Shown piece after piece: positions 18,101 to 27,238 of a DNA stretch of 64,000 bases (positions are counted from its first letter, which is position 1; each line of letters starts with the position of its first letter). The position numbers and the translations under genes are program-made. The DNA comes from a bacterium (GTDB lineage: Bacteria; Patescibacteriota; Minisyncoccia; UBA6257; 02-FULL-45-10c). The stretch spans positions 2,236 to 66,235 of the forward strand of contig JAUSKP010000048.1 of assembly GCA_030646555.1 (NCBI GenBank), written 5' to 3'. The notes under the pieces are model-generated. The model was not told the DNA's origin and did not search any database. It saw nothing but the letters and a program-made list of their open reading frames with translations.

Positions 18101-19525
18101 ATGTTCGATCTCATACCTTTAATTAAAGCAATCGGATATCTCGGTATTTTTATAATTGTTTTTGCCGAATCAGGGCTTTTTATCGGATTTTTTTTGCCGG
18201 GAGACAGCCTGATTTTTACGGCCGGTTTTTTGGCATCCCAAGGATTTTTAAATATTTGGGATCTGATATTTTTAATATTTATCGCTGCCGTTATTGGCGA
18301 TAATTTTGGCTATGCTTTCGGAAAAAAAGTTGGCCCCATGATATTCAAAAGAGAGGATTCATTTTTATTCCATAAAGATAATTTAAACAAAGCTAAGATG
18401 TTTTATGAGAAATATGGCGGAAAGGCGATAATTCTGGCGAGGTTTATGCCAGGCATTAGGACGTTTGCTCCAATTTTAGCTGGAGTCGGAAAAATGCAGT
18501 ACAGCAAATTTTTATCATTCAATATTATTGGCGGAGCTCTTTGGGGCATTGGATTACCTTTGCTTGGATACTATTTAGGGAACGTTATTCCAAATATAGA
18601 CAGGTATATTGTCTTTATAGTTCTTTTAATCATATTTATTTCAGTTTCCCCTATGATTTGGCACGTTGTAAAAGACAAAGCTACCAGGGATCGCATTTTA
18701 AATACTTTGTTAAACGCCCTGCATACTAAAGCAACAAAATATGCGGGCAAATTGGTTGTTTTTAACTGGAAAATGAATCCGGAAACTTTAGAAAGCGCGA
18801 TAGATATGGCAAGAAAAAGTGATCATAAAAATATCGTGGTTGCGCCGCCGTTCGTATTTATTGAAGAAATTGGAAAAATTATTAAAACAGCCAAACTTGG
18901 AGCCCAGGACTTATTTTATAAAAATACAAATGGAGGATCTTTTACGGGGGAAATATCTGCGTCAGAACTTGTTAATTTAGGAGTAAAATATGCAATTATC
19001 GGTCATTCGGAAAGACGGGCTATGGGTGAAAGCGATGAAATAATATCTAAAAAAATAAAAACGGCATTGGATAACGGGCTTATTCCAATACTTTGCGTGG
19101 GCGAATCCAAAAAAGAATCAGGAAGTATGAATAATGAATTAAGCGTTTCATCGAAAGAGTTTGTCAGGGATCAATTAGAAAAAGACCTATTTCTTATTCG
19201 TAATTCATCATTCTCAATTCACAATTCTCTCATCGTCGCCTACGAACCAATTTGGGCAATCGGCACCGGGAATAATTGTTCTCCGGAAGTTGCTCTGGAA
19301 ATGATCAAATTTATTAAAAGTCTTTCCGGGTCATTAGCTCCGGCGCTCGCTAAAAGCGAGGTCGGAGTCCCGACCGCTGAGCGCGTCGGGATTGTTGGTT
19401 GTAGGTTGTTAGTTTTATATGGCGGCTCCGTTAACTCAAAAAATATAAGTGATTTTCTTAAATATAAGGAGATAGATGGAGTTTTGGTTGGGGGAGCAAG
19501 TTTAGATCCAAAACTATTTTTTTGA
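18101..19525 (+). CDS. tpiA: DedA (SNARE-associated) membrane domain fused to triosephosphate isomerase
   Basis: N-terminal half has AESGLFIGFFLPGDSL and ARFMPGIRTF (DedA). C-terminal half has NWKMN, GHSERR, AYEPIWAIGTG, YGGSV and VGGASL (TIM). Confidence 0.88.
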   Translation: MFDLIPLIKAIGYLGIFIIVFAESGLFIGFFLPGDSLIFTAGFLASQGFLNIWDLIFLIFIAAVIGDNFGYAFGKKVGPMIFKREDSFLFHKDNLNKAKMFYEKYGGKAIILARFMPGIRTFAPILAGVGKMQYSKFLSFNIIGGALWGIGLPLLGYYLGNVIPNIDRYIVFIVLLIIFISVSPMIWHVVKDKATRDRILNTLLNALHTKATKYAGKLVVFNWKMNPETLESAIDMARKSDHKNIVVAPPFVFIEEIGKIIKTAKLGAQDLFYKNTNGGSFTGEISASELVNLGVKYAIIGHSERRAMGESDEIISKKIKTALDNGLIPILCVGESKKESGSMNNELSVSSKEFVRDQLEKDLFLIRNSSFSIHNSLIVAYEPIWAIGTGNNCSPEVALEMIKFIKSLSGSLAPALAKSEVGVPTAERVGIVGCRLLVLYGGSVNSKNISDFLKYKEIDGVLVGGASLDPKLFF

Positions 19526-19571
19526 AAAAATCGAAATCCATATTTTTTAATTTTATTTTTCCTTCCCATCT

Positions 19572-19664
19572 GTCATTGCGAGGAGTCTGCGACGTGGCAA
19601 TCCAGTTCTTTTTCTAGATTCCAGCCGTAGTTTACCCTCGAGCTACATCGGGGGCTGGAATGAC
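19572..19664. repeat. GTCATT...AATGAC palindromic (RPE/REP-like) element with nested hairpin
   Basis: gtcattgcgaggagtctgcgacgtggcaatcc ... ggctggaatgac. Confidence 0.8.
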
Positions 19665-19847
19665 AGAAAAATTATATGTTATTATATAATTGTATTGAGT
19701 ATTTAAATATAAATAAAAAAATGGATCCCGCACATAACAAAGATAATTAATTTGTATGTGCAGATTCAAAAATAAAGTAATAAAGTCGTTTAAAATAATA
19801 ATTAATAAAAACAGAGAGTAAGAAAGCTTTGTTTTCAAATCTTTGTT

Positions 19848-20624
19848 ATGTGCGGGATGGATAATAATTTAGAATCATTAAAAAAATATTTTTGGCCTAT
19901 TTTAAACATATTATTAATAGTTTTGGTGATTTTGGGCATATTTTCAGTTAGCGCGTTGCGCCGGTATGTTGATACCACTTCTTCAAATCGCACGATCTCT
20001 GTTTCAGCTGAAGGCAAAACTGTGGTTACTCCGGACATAGCTAAGATTAATTTTTCTGTTGTGACCGAAGGCGCCGATACCGTTAAAATATCCGAAGAAA
20101 ATATTAAGAAAATGAATAAGGCCATTGATTTTGTAAAGTCGCAGGGGATCGGATCAAAAGATATCCAAACGGCAGGATACAGCCTTTCTCCAAAATATGA
20201 ATACAACGAAGATAAGAGGGAAAGTTTCATTAGCGGCTACACATTAACCCAGACCATCTATATTCAGATCCGTGATTTTTCAAAGATTAGCGGCATTTTA
20301 GGCGCGTTGCCCGGACTCGGCGTTAACAACATAAGCTCCCTGTCTTTTGCCATAGAAAACCAAGATGAAGCTTTGAAAGTTGCGCGTGATCAGGCTTTTG
20401 AGAAAGCTTTTGTAAAAGCCAGAGAAATGGCAAAACAAAATGGAGTAAGAATTAAAAGAGTGGTCACTTTTTCCGATTATCAAAACAATTACCCAATCTA
20501 CGCTAAAACAATGAGTTATGGAATCGGTGGAGGAGCGACCGATGAAGCAGTTCGGGCACCATCAATTGAGCCGGGTAGCCAAGAAGTGACCGTAAATGTG
20601 AGCATAACCTACGAAATAGATTAA
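19848..20624 (+). CDS. SIMPL (DUF541) domain protein
   Basis: RTISVSAEGK.VVTPDIA, DIQT.GYSLSP.Y and IEPGSQEV...VSITYEI. Start may be 19857. Confidence 0.88.
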   Translation: MCGMDNNLESLKKYFWPILNILLIVLVILGIFSVSALRRYVDTTSSNRTISVSAEGKTVVTPDIAKINFSVVTEGADTVKISEENIKKMNKAIDFVKSQGIGSKDIQTAGYSLSPKYEYNEDKRESFISGYTLTQTIYIQIRDFSKISGILGALPGLGVNNISSLSFAIENQDEALKVARDQAFEKAFVKAREMAKQNGVRIKRVVTFSDYQNNYPIYAKTMSYGIGGGATDEAVRAPSIEPGSQEVTVNVSITYEID

Positions 20625-20627
20625 AAA

Positions 20628-21083
20628 ATGATAGCAAGATTTAGTAATTTGAAAGAAAGGTATCCTTTTATTCCTCAATTCATCAGATTCTTCCTTGTTG
20701 GAGCTATAAATACCGGAATAGATTTCGCGGTGCTGAATTTTCTTATTTTTTTTACCGAAAAAAGCAGCGGTGTTTACTATCCAGTTTTTAAATTTATTTC
20801 TTTTATGATTGCGGTCACCAATAGCTATTTTATGAATAAATATTGGACTTTCAAGTCCGATGATGCGTGCGGCGCAAAGCCTGGTGAATTTTTGAAGTTT
20901 TTGGGCGTTTATTTGGTTGGCGCAATAGTTAATGTCGGCGTTGCCACATATGTAGTAAATTACATTAGCGCCCCAATCGGATTTTCACCGGTCTTATGGG
21001 CGAATGTAGGGGCCTGTTTTGCAGTAGTGTTTACTCTTACTTGGAATTTCGTAGGTCTTAAATTTATAGTTTTTAAGAAATAA
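20628..21083 (+). CDS. GtrA family flippase-like membrane protein
   Basis: QFIRFFLVGAINT.IDF, NSYFMNKYWTF and WNF...KFIVFK motifs. Confidence 0.9.
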   Translation: MIARFSNLKERYPFIPQFIRFFLVGAINTGIDFAVLNFLIFFTEKSSGVYYPVFKFISFMIAVTNSYFMNKYWTFKSDDACGAKPGEFLKFLGVYLVGAIVNVGVATYVVNYISAPIGFSPVLWANVGACFAVVFTLTWNFVGLKFIVFKK

Positions 21084-21149
21084 ATTTAAACTTTAGTCCT
21101 TAGAAAATTGGAACGTGTTTTAAGATATATCTTATATGACGTTCTAAAT

Positions 21150-21178
21150 TTGACAAGAATGAGAAAATAGTGTATATT
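21150..21178 (+). promoter_or_regulatory. Sigma70-type promoter
   Basis: TTGACA, 17-bp spacer, TATATT. Confidence 0.7.
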
Positions 21179-21230
21179 ATACACTCAAGTGAATTGTTCG
21201 TTCCAAATTCAGAAAAAGGAGATAAAAAAG

Positions 21231-21368
21231 ATGTCAGAACCGAAAAAAGAGCTGAGTAGCGAGGATCAGAAAAGCGAGGAGGCTTTTGCCGATCTGGTCT
21301 TTGCTAGCGAAAATGCGGTTATGGACAAAACCGGCTGGTTCGAAGTTCCGGTAAAGGCAGGGGAATAA
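21231..21368 (+). CDS. Small acidic ORFan (45 aa)
   Basis: MSEPKKELSSEDQKSEEAFADLVFASENAVMDKTGWFEVPVKAGE. Has an AAGGAG SD, its own promoter and a terminator. Confidence 0.65.
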   Translation: MSEPKKELSSEDQKSEEAFADLVFASENAVMDKTGWFEVPVKAGE

Positions 21369-21376
21369 GTTTCAAT

Positions 21377-21411
21377 AAAAGGGCGGATCTAATATGATTT
21401 CGCCCTTTTTT
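21377..21411 (+). terminator. Intrinsic terminator
   Basis: aaaagggcggatc...gatttcgcccttttt. Confidence 0.75.
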
Positions 21412-21467
21412 ATTTGATGTTTTTAAGTTATAATCTTATTTAAGATTAGTAAAAAGAAAAAATTTAT

Positions 21468-21576
21468 GTCATTCCGGGCTCGACCCGGAATCCAGTCCGT
21501 CATTGCGAGCCCTAAAGGGGCGTGGCAATCTAATGAATTACTAGAGATTGCTTCGTCGCAGACTTCTCGCAATGAC
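21468..21576. repeat. GTCATT...AATGAC composite palindromic element
   Basis: gtcattccgggctcgacccggaatccag, gtcattgcgag...ggcaatc and gattgc...ctcgcaatgac units. Confidence 0.85.
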
Positions 21577-21606
21577 GAAGATAATAATTAAAATTAGTAA
21601 AAATAT

Positions 21607-21921
21607 ATGAACTTAGATATTAAGGCAACAAATTTAGAATTAACTCCCGCTATTAAGCAGTATATTGAAACCAAAATTTCCGGGCTTTCCAAATTTTTAG
21701 AGAAATGGGAAAAATCCGGCAAAATAAACGTTAAATTTGAATTGGCCAGAACCACTAACCACCATAGCAAGGGTGAAGTTTTTTACGCTGAAATGAATCT
21801 TAATTTGGGAGAAAAAATGCTCCGCGCCGAACATTCAGCCGAGGATGCGTATAAAGCGATAGATAAAGTGAAAGACATAATGAAAGAAGAAATTATTGAG
21901 TTTAAAGAAAAGTCTGAGTAA
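21607..21921 (+). CDS. hpf: Ribosome hibernation factor HPF/RaiA
   Basis: IKATNLELTPAIKQY and DAYKAIDKV motifs. Lies upstream of secA. Confidence 0.9.
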   Translation: MNLDIKATNLELTPAIKQYIETKISGLSKFLEKWEKSGKINVKFELARTTNHHSKGEVFYAEMNLNLGEKMLRAEHSAEDAYKAIDKVKDIMKEEIIEFKEKSE

Positions 21922-21934
21922 AAATATAATACTC

Positions 21935-22006
21935 GTCATTGCGATTGCCGCTGAAGCAATCTATTTTAATCACGAGATTGCCACGTCGCAGACTCCTCGC
22001 AATGAC
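21935..22006. repeat. GTCATTGCG...CGCAATGAC palindromic element
   Basis: gtcattgcga...gaagcaatc ... gattgccacgtcgcagactcctcgcaatgac. Confidence 0.85.
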
Positions 22007-22016
22007 AGAAAAATAA

Positions 22017-24365
22017 ATGTTTAACTTTTTTTCTTTTTTTGATCCGGTCAAGAAGCTTAAACCGGTTATTGAAAAAATAAATGATCTGGAAAAAGAAATA
22101 TCTTCTTTGAGCAATGAACAGCTTTTGGAAGAAAGCAAAAAACTTTTTGAAATAGAAATAGGCGAGAATGAATTGGTAAAAGGTTTTGCTTTAGTCAGAG
22201 AAACTGCCAAGAGAAATCTTGGCCAGCGTCATTTTGATGTCCAGCTGATGGGCGGCTTGGCGCTCCACGAAGGAAGAATTGCTGAAATGGCAACCGGTGA
22301 AGGAAAAACATTGGCTTCCACCGCGCCGATATATTTGAATGCGCTTTCCAAAAAAGGCGTTCACGTGGTAACCGTCAATGAATATTTAGCCAAAAGAGAT
22401 GCTGTTTGGATGGGCCAAATTTATCATGCTTTGGGGCTTTCTGTGGCTTGTTTGATCCACGAAGGCGCTTTGATGTATGACCCAAAATACATCTCTAAAA
22501 ACGCTGAAACGCTCATAGACAGGGAAAGGGACACAACCGGCAGTTTTATGGTGCAAGGCGAGTATTTAAGGCCAATTTCGCGCAAAGAAGCCTATTTAGC
22601 GGACATTACCTATGGCACAAACCATGAATTCGGCTTTGACTACCTAAGGGACAATTTAGCTTATTCTAGCGGAAACCAGGCGCAAAGAGGGCATAATTAT
22701 GTAGTAATTGATGAAATAGACAGCATTTTAATTGATGAAGCTAGGACCCCGCTTATTATTTCTGCTCCGGACGAAGAATCCAGCGATTTTTATAAGCAAT
22801 TTTCGCGCATAGTTTCCATGCTCAAAAAGGACGAGGATTATATAATTGACGAGAAAATGAAGTCGGCCGACATCACCGACGAAGGAATAAATAAAGTTGA
22901 AAAAGCTTTAAAGATAAAAAATCTTTATGATCCGGAAAATCTGAGACTGACCCGATATTTGCAGGAAACCCTGAAAGCTTACGGTTTGTTCAGGCGAGAC
23001 AAAGATTATGTGGTAAAAAATAATGAAGTAATTATCGTTGACCAGTTTACCGGCAGGCTTATGCCGGGCAGAAGATATTCCGGCGGATTGCATCAGGCCT
23101 TGGAGGCGAAAGAAAATGCGCAAGTTCAAAATGAATCCAGGACCTATGCGCAAATTACAATTCAAAATTATTTCAGGCTTTATAAAAAGATTGGGGGTAT
23201 GACCGGCACTGCCAGGACTTCAGCCGAGGAATTTGAAAAAGTATACGGACTGAAAGTTTTAAATATTCCGACCAATAAACCTTTGGCGAGAATTGATCAG
23301 CCAGACTTGATTTATAAAAACGAAGGCGCGAAATACAACGCCATTATTGAAGATGTTAAAGAAAGGCAAAAAATGGGTCAGCCGATACTCATCGGTTCAA
23401 TTTCTATAGAAAAAAATGAAATTTTGTCTAATTTGCTTAATAAATTCGGCGTGAGACACGAAATATTAAATGCTAAAAATCATGAACGTGAGGGCGCCAT
23501 TATTGCCCAGGCAGGAAGAGTCGGGGCCGTGACAGTCGCCACTAATATGGCGGGCCGTGGTGTAGATATTGTTCTTGGCGGCAATCCGGTGGATCCGGTA
23601 GAAAACCAAAAGGTAAAAGAATTGGGCGGACTCCACGTGATCGGCACGGAAAGGCACGAGGCTAGAAGAATTGACTATCAGCTTCAGGGACGAAGCGGAA
23701 GGCAGGGAGATCAAGGCTCATCCCAGTTTTTCCTTTCCTTGGAAGATGATCTTTTGCGTGTTTTTGGCGGAGAAAGAATTAAAAATTTAATGGAAAATTT
23801 TAATATCCCTGAAAATATGCCAATTGAATCGGGGATTGTGTCCAAAGCAGTTTCTCAAGCTCAAACCAAAATTGAAGGATTTAATTTTGACTCAAGAAAA
23901 AATTTGCTTGATTATGACGACATTTTAAATAAACAAAGACTCTCTGTTTATAAGAAACGCCAGGAAATGCTTGAAAAAAGTACTCATCCACAAATACTTT
24001 CTGTTTTAGATCTGTTTTGGATGAATCATTTGGAAAGTATGGAGGCCCTGCGGGAATCTGTGAGAATAAGGGCTTATGGCCAGCATGATCCGCTTGTTGA
24101 ATATCGCCGTGAAAGCCACGTTTTATATAGGCAGATGCTGGAGGGTTTTGAGAAATGGCTTGTTGAAAATAAAGAAAAAATTGAGGAAATGATTAAACAA
24201 CAAGCAGCCTCCTCTGTCATTCCCGCGAAAGCGGGAATCCAGGAAAAGAACTGGATTCCGGGTCAAGCCCGGAATGACAACAAGATGAATGGCCAAAAAG
24301 TTGGCAGAAATGATAATTGTCCATGCGGAAGCGGAAAAAAATACAAAAAGTGCCACGGAAAATAA
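22017..24365 (+). CDS. secA: Preprotein translocase ATPase SecA
   Basis: MATGEGKT, DEIDSILIDEARTPLIIS, ATNMAGRG, GRSGRQGD and C-terminal CPCGSGKKYKKCHG motifs. Confidence 0.98.
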   Translation: MFNFFSFFDPVKKLKPVIEKINDLEKEISSLSNEQLLEESKKLFEIEIGENELVKGFALVRETAKRNLGQRHFDVQLMGGLALHEGRIAEMATGEGKTLASTAPIYLNALSKKGVHVVTVNEYLAKRDAVWMGQIYHALGLSVACLIHEGALMYDPKYISKNAETLIDRERDTTGSFMVQGEYLRPISRKEAYLADITYGTNHEFGFDYLRDNLAYSSGNQAQRGHNYVVIDEIDSILIDEARTPLIISAPDEESSDFYKQFSRIVSMLKKDEDYIIDEKMKSADITDEGINKVEKALKIKNLYDPENLRLTRYLQETLKAYGLFRRDKDYVVKNNEVIIVDQFTGRLMPGRRYSGGLHQALEAKENAQVQNESRTYAQITIQNYFRLYKKIGGMTGTARTSAEEFEKVYGLKVLNIPTNKPLARIDQPDLIYKNEGAKYNAIIEDVKERQKMGQPILIGSISIEKNEILSNLLNKFGVRHEILNAKNHEREGAIIAQAGRVGAVTVATNMAGRGVDIVLGGNPVDPVENQKVKELGGLHVIGTERHEARRIDYQLQGRSGRQGDQGSSQFFLSLEDDLLRVFGGERIKNLMENFNIPENMPIESGIVSKAVSQAQTKIEGFNFDSRKNLLDYDDILNKQRLSVYKKRQEMLEKSTHPQILSVLDLFWMNHLESMEALRESVRIRAYGQHDPLVEYRRESHVLYRQMLEGFEKWLVENKEKIEEMIKQQAASSVIPAKAGIQEKNWIPGQARNDNKMNGQKVGRNDNCPCGSGKKYKKCHGK

Positions 24366-24391
24366 TTTTAGGAAGTCCGACTTCCTAAATT

Positions 24392-24421
24392 AAAAACCTC
24401 CAAAATTTTGGAGGTTTTTTT
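24392..24421. terminator. Bidirectional terminator, preceded by palindrome tttaggaagtccgacttcctaaa
   Basis: aaaaacctccaa-aatt-ttggaggtttttt between convergent genes. Confidence 0.8.
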
Positions 24422-24431
24422 GCTTCTAAAC

Positions 24432-26753
24432 TTACCTTATTTTTAATTTCAGTCCAGTAATTTCGGCTCTTAATTCTTCAATCTGTTTCTGCTGGTCTTG
24501 AATAGCGCCGGTCAAAATTGCTTCCATACCGGTTGGATTGTACCAATAGTATCCTTTATCATCTTGCGAGATCATTTCCGGAATAACATTTTTAACCTCT
24601 TGAGCAATAAATCCATACTTCAATCCCGGATTTGTGCCAAACTGGCTGTCGTGAAGCGCGTTCCATCTGTAAGAAACAGGGCGAAGAGCCATTATTTTAT
24701 TAAGAGACTCTCCTTTTAATTCACTATAAACATTTTTCCATCGCTGGTCAGAAGTGCTAGTCCAGGCAGTTCCCGTAGACAATCCGGCTGTTCCGACAAC
24801 ACTAAGCGCGTACGTCCCTGGCGCCGTCGTCCCAATGCCGACTTTGCCGGATGAATTTACCGTCAAAACATCACCCACTGAAGCATCGCTAACAGAAAAA
24901 TAATTCTTTCCTCCATTATAGTTTCCATAAGCGGAAGTTGGAGGCGTAAAATTAGCTGTCCATCTGGCAATCCCTTTGCTTACACGAACCTCATCTATTG
25001 CCCCGGTAAATCTTGACCCAGGGGCAGAGTCTGCGCCAAGGAAAAAGCCGGCGGTGGCGGCGTCATTGGTCGGAACCCCTGTTACGTCTTTAGTGTCTTG
25101 AAGTGCACCATCTATGTATAATTTTAGCGTGTTGCTTTGCCTAATAAAGGCGACGTGGTGCCAAGCATTATCACTGGTGTCCACCGTAGAGGTTACATCG
25201 TAGGCCGTCGCAGAGCTGTTCCAAATATACGCCCATAAATATTTCCCGCCGTAAATTTTCCAACTGGAACCGGCGCCGGTATTGTCTCCATATGCAATTA
25301 TAGGGTTAGTCCATTGACTATCCGTAGTAATCGCGCTTTTGTACCATAGATCTATAGTGAATTCGCCGCTTCCCATTTCATAGTCAACGTTATCCGTTGG
25401 TCCGGCAACATAGTCGCCTGTACCATCAAACAAAATAGAACCTGTCCCAAATTTTTGAAATGCTGTGTCAATTTGAGCGTCTGCTTGGCGCGTCATAGTT
25501 TTACTGGATTCATCGGTTATAGTAGCGGAACCGTCTGTTCCATTGGCATGGATAAGCGTTTTACTATAACTGTCATCCACACCTACTTCCGTAAATAATC
25601 CAGTATCGCGTCCTCTTACGTCAAGTGTTGATTCTGGTGTCGTCGTCCCTATGCCGACTTTGCCGGCAGTTGAAATAAATATCGTTGATGTTCCGACTGC
25701 GGTGTTTGCACTGCTAAAGTATGCAAGCTGGCCGGTAGAACCCGTCAAACTCGCGCTTCCGCCCGCGACACAAGTTCCATTTATGGCAAAACAGCCTCTT
25801 GCAACATCTATTCCGCCAGTTGAAGAAAAAGTAGATGTGGCAGTTGAAAAGTTTATGCCATTAGTATTTCCCACAGAAAACAAACTGCCGGGAGTCGTGG
25901 AGGAAATGCCGACGTTGCCGCCATTAGTGATGATTAAGTTAGTAGCCGTGGAAGAACCAATCACAAAAGCTGGACCGGTAATTCCGTTGGGATTGACAGA
26001 CAAAAGTCCCCATGGAGAAGAAGAGGCGATGCCAGTCTTGCCCTCTATTATCATTCCTGAAGTTGGCGCCGCGATAATGCCGTAAGTTGCTCCGACAGAA
26101 GCGCTGCCAGTTATACCCAGTTTGGACAGGGGCGCCGTATTTCCGATGCCGACACTACCACTTATATAAGCATTATTCCAAGGCAAAGCAGTAGTGCCGA
26201 TATCATAAAAAGTTGCGGCGCCGGGAATAAGATTAGAATCAAAAGTAGCGGCGGACACGCGGGCAATTGCCGAGCTTAAAGTGCGGGAAAAAGCGGATGC
26301 CGGATTAGTGGTGTTGTAGCTCAAAGTCAGATCAATTTGCACGGAATCATGCCCTGAATATCCGGAAACTTTTAAAAAGTTAACTGCGTCGGCAACAACA
26401 CTGCTATTGGTAAGCGGTTGGGGAGTGCCGTTAGCTTCTTCTTTATAAACTATGCCGTTTAAAATATAAAATTCCGTAGGATTTTTGGTATCGTCTTTAA
26501 ATCTCAAAACTAAAGTGGAGGTGGAAGTGCCGGCGTCTATATCAATGACAGAAGAATCCCTAATAGATCTCTGCATATTTTGCAGGGTGAAATTAAGCTG
26601 TTCATTGACTTCTATGACGGCAGTTTGCCTGCTTTTAATTTTTGTAGTGTCAATCAGAACGCCGGATAAAACTGCTCCTGTGGCGCCTAAGATGGCGGTA
26701 TAAATTAAAACTTCCATGAGGGTAAAACCACCTATTTTTTTATTTGTAGTCAT
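24432..26753 (-). CDS. Giant type IV pilin-like protein with LamG-like domain and C-terminal Peptidase S74 intramolecular chaperone
   Basis: G/FTLMEV prepilin motif and repeated GNVGI/GKVGIGTTxP. LamG-like 'FTIDLW..WHHVAF..LYIDG..IDEVRVS'. Tail SDQRWK..LRPVSYRW..GFIAQEV plus coiled coil. Confidence 0.8.
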   Translation of the reverse strand: MTTNKKIGGFTLMEVLIYTAILGATGAVLSGVLIDTTKIKSRQTAVIEVNEQLNFTLQNMQRSIRDSSVIDIDAGTSTSTLVLRFKDDTKNPTEFYILNGIVYKEEANGTPQPLTNSSVVADAVNFLKVSGYSGHDSVQIDLTLSYNTTNPASAFSRTLSSAIARVSAATFDSNLIPGAATFYDIGTTALPWNNAYISGSVGIGNTAPLSKLGITGSASVGATYGIIAAPTSGMIIEGKTGIASSSPWGLLSVNPNGITGPAFVIGSSTATNLIITNGGNVGISSTTPGSLFSVGNTNGINFSTATSTFSSTGGIDVARGCFAINGTCVAGGSASLTGSTGQLAYFSSANTAVGTSTIFISTAGKVGIGTTTPESTLDVRGRDTGLFTEVGVDDSYSKTLIHANGTDGSATITDESSKTMTRQADAQIDTAFQKFGTGSILFDGTGDYVAGPTDNVDYEMGSGEFTIDLWYKSAITTDSQWTNPIIAYGDNTGAGSSWKIYGGKYLWAYIWNSSATAYDVTSTVDTSDNAWHHVAFIRQSNTLKLYIDGALQDTKDVTGVPTNDAATAGFFLGADSAPGSRFTGAIDEVRVSKGIARWTANFTPPTSAYGNYNGGKNYFSVSDASVGDVLTVNSSGKVGIGTTAPGTYALSVVGTAGLSTGTAWTSTSDQRWKNVYSELKGESLNKIMALRPVSYRWNALHDSQFGTNPGLKYGFIAQEVKNVIPEMISQDDKGYYWYNPTGMEAILTGAIQDQQKQIEELRAEITGLKLKIR

Positions 26754-26782
26754 AGATATATTATACAATAATATTAGGTTAA

Positions 26783-26837
26783 GGAATATAGAATTTAGAA
26801 TATTGAATATAGAATAGGAATAGAGAATGTTGAATTT
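26783..26837. repeat. Heptamer tandem array (AGAATAT)n, left arm
   Basis: ggaatat agaattt agaatat tgaatat agaatag gaatag agaatgt tgaattt. Confidence 0.8.
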
Positions 26838-27225
26838 AAGATTCGTATCTTTTCTGGCGAGTAGCTTGCAATAAGCCTGTAAGAAGTTTATTGGCTATAA
26901 TTGATTGCTCAGCGCATTCGTCAAAATATTCTTTTGATAAATAACCAACATCCTTAGCAATTAAAAGCTGGTTTTGAAGCTCAGTCATTGAACCCTTAGC
27001 GTTGCTGTAGAAATAATGTTTTTCTTTTGAGGACCTTCTGCTAAAACCCTCGGCAATATTAGAAGTAAAAGAAACTACAGCTCTTCTCATTTGATCTGTG
27101 AGTCCATATTTTTCTTCTGAAGGAAAGTTTTTAGTTTCCTTATAAATCATCAAAACTAGTTTGTGTCCTTCCTGCCAAACTAATAAATCGGTAAATCTTT
27201 GAATTTTCTTAATTTCCTTATTCAT
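26836..27225 (-). CDS. Four-helix-bundle protein (23S rRNA IVS-protein / Avd-like family)
   Basis: FTDLLVWQ, FPSEEKYGLTDQMRRAVVS..SNIAEG and AKGSMTEL motifs. Confidence 0.92.
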   Translation of the reverse strand: MNKEIKKIQRFTDLLVWQEGHKLVLMIYKETKNFPSEEKYGLTDQMRRAVVSFTSNIAEGFSRRSSKEKHYFYSNAKGSMTELQNQLLIAKDVGYLSKEYFDECAEQSIIANKLLTGLLQATRQKRYES

Positions 27226-27238
27226 AGTTTTAGTTTTT

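Noticed and set aside
19505-19550. TpiA C-terminus looks a few residues short at a T7 run (possible slippage)
   Set aside because: All catalytic motifs precede the stop, and natural variation cannot be separated from a homopolymer error without reads.
24432-27225. Avd-like gene beside an adhesin as a diversity-generating retroelement
   Set aside because: No reverse transcriptase and no template/variable repeat pair with adenine-specific mismatches was seen in the window.
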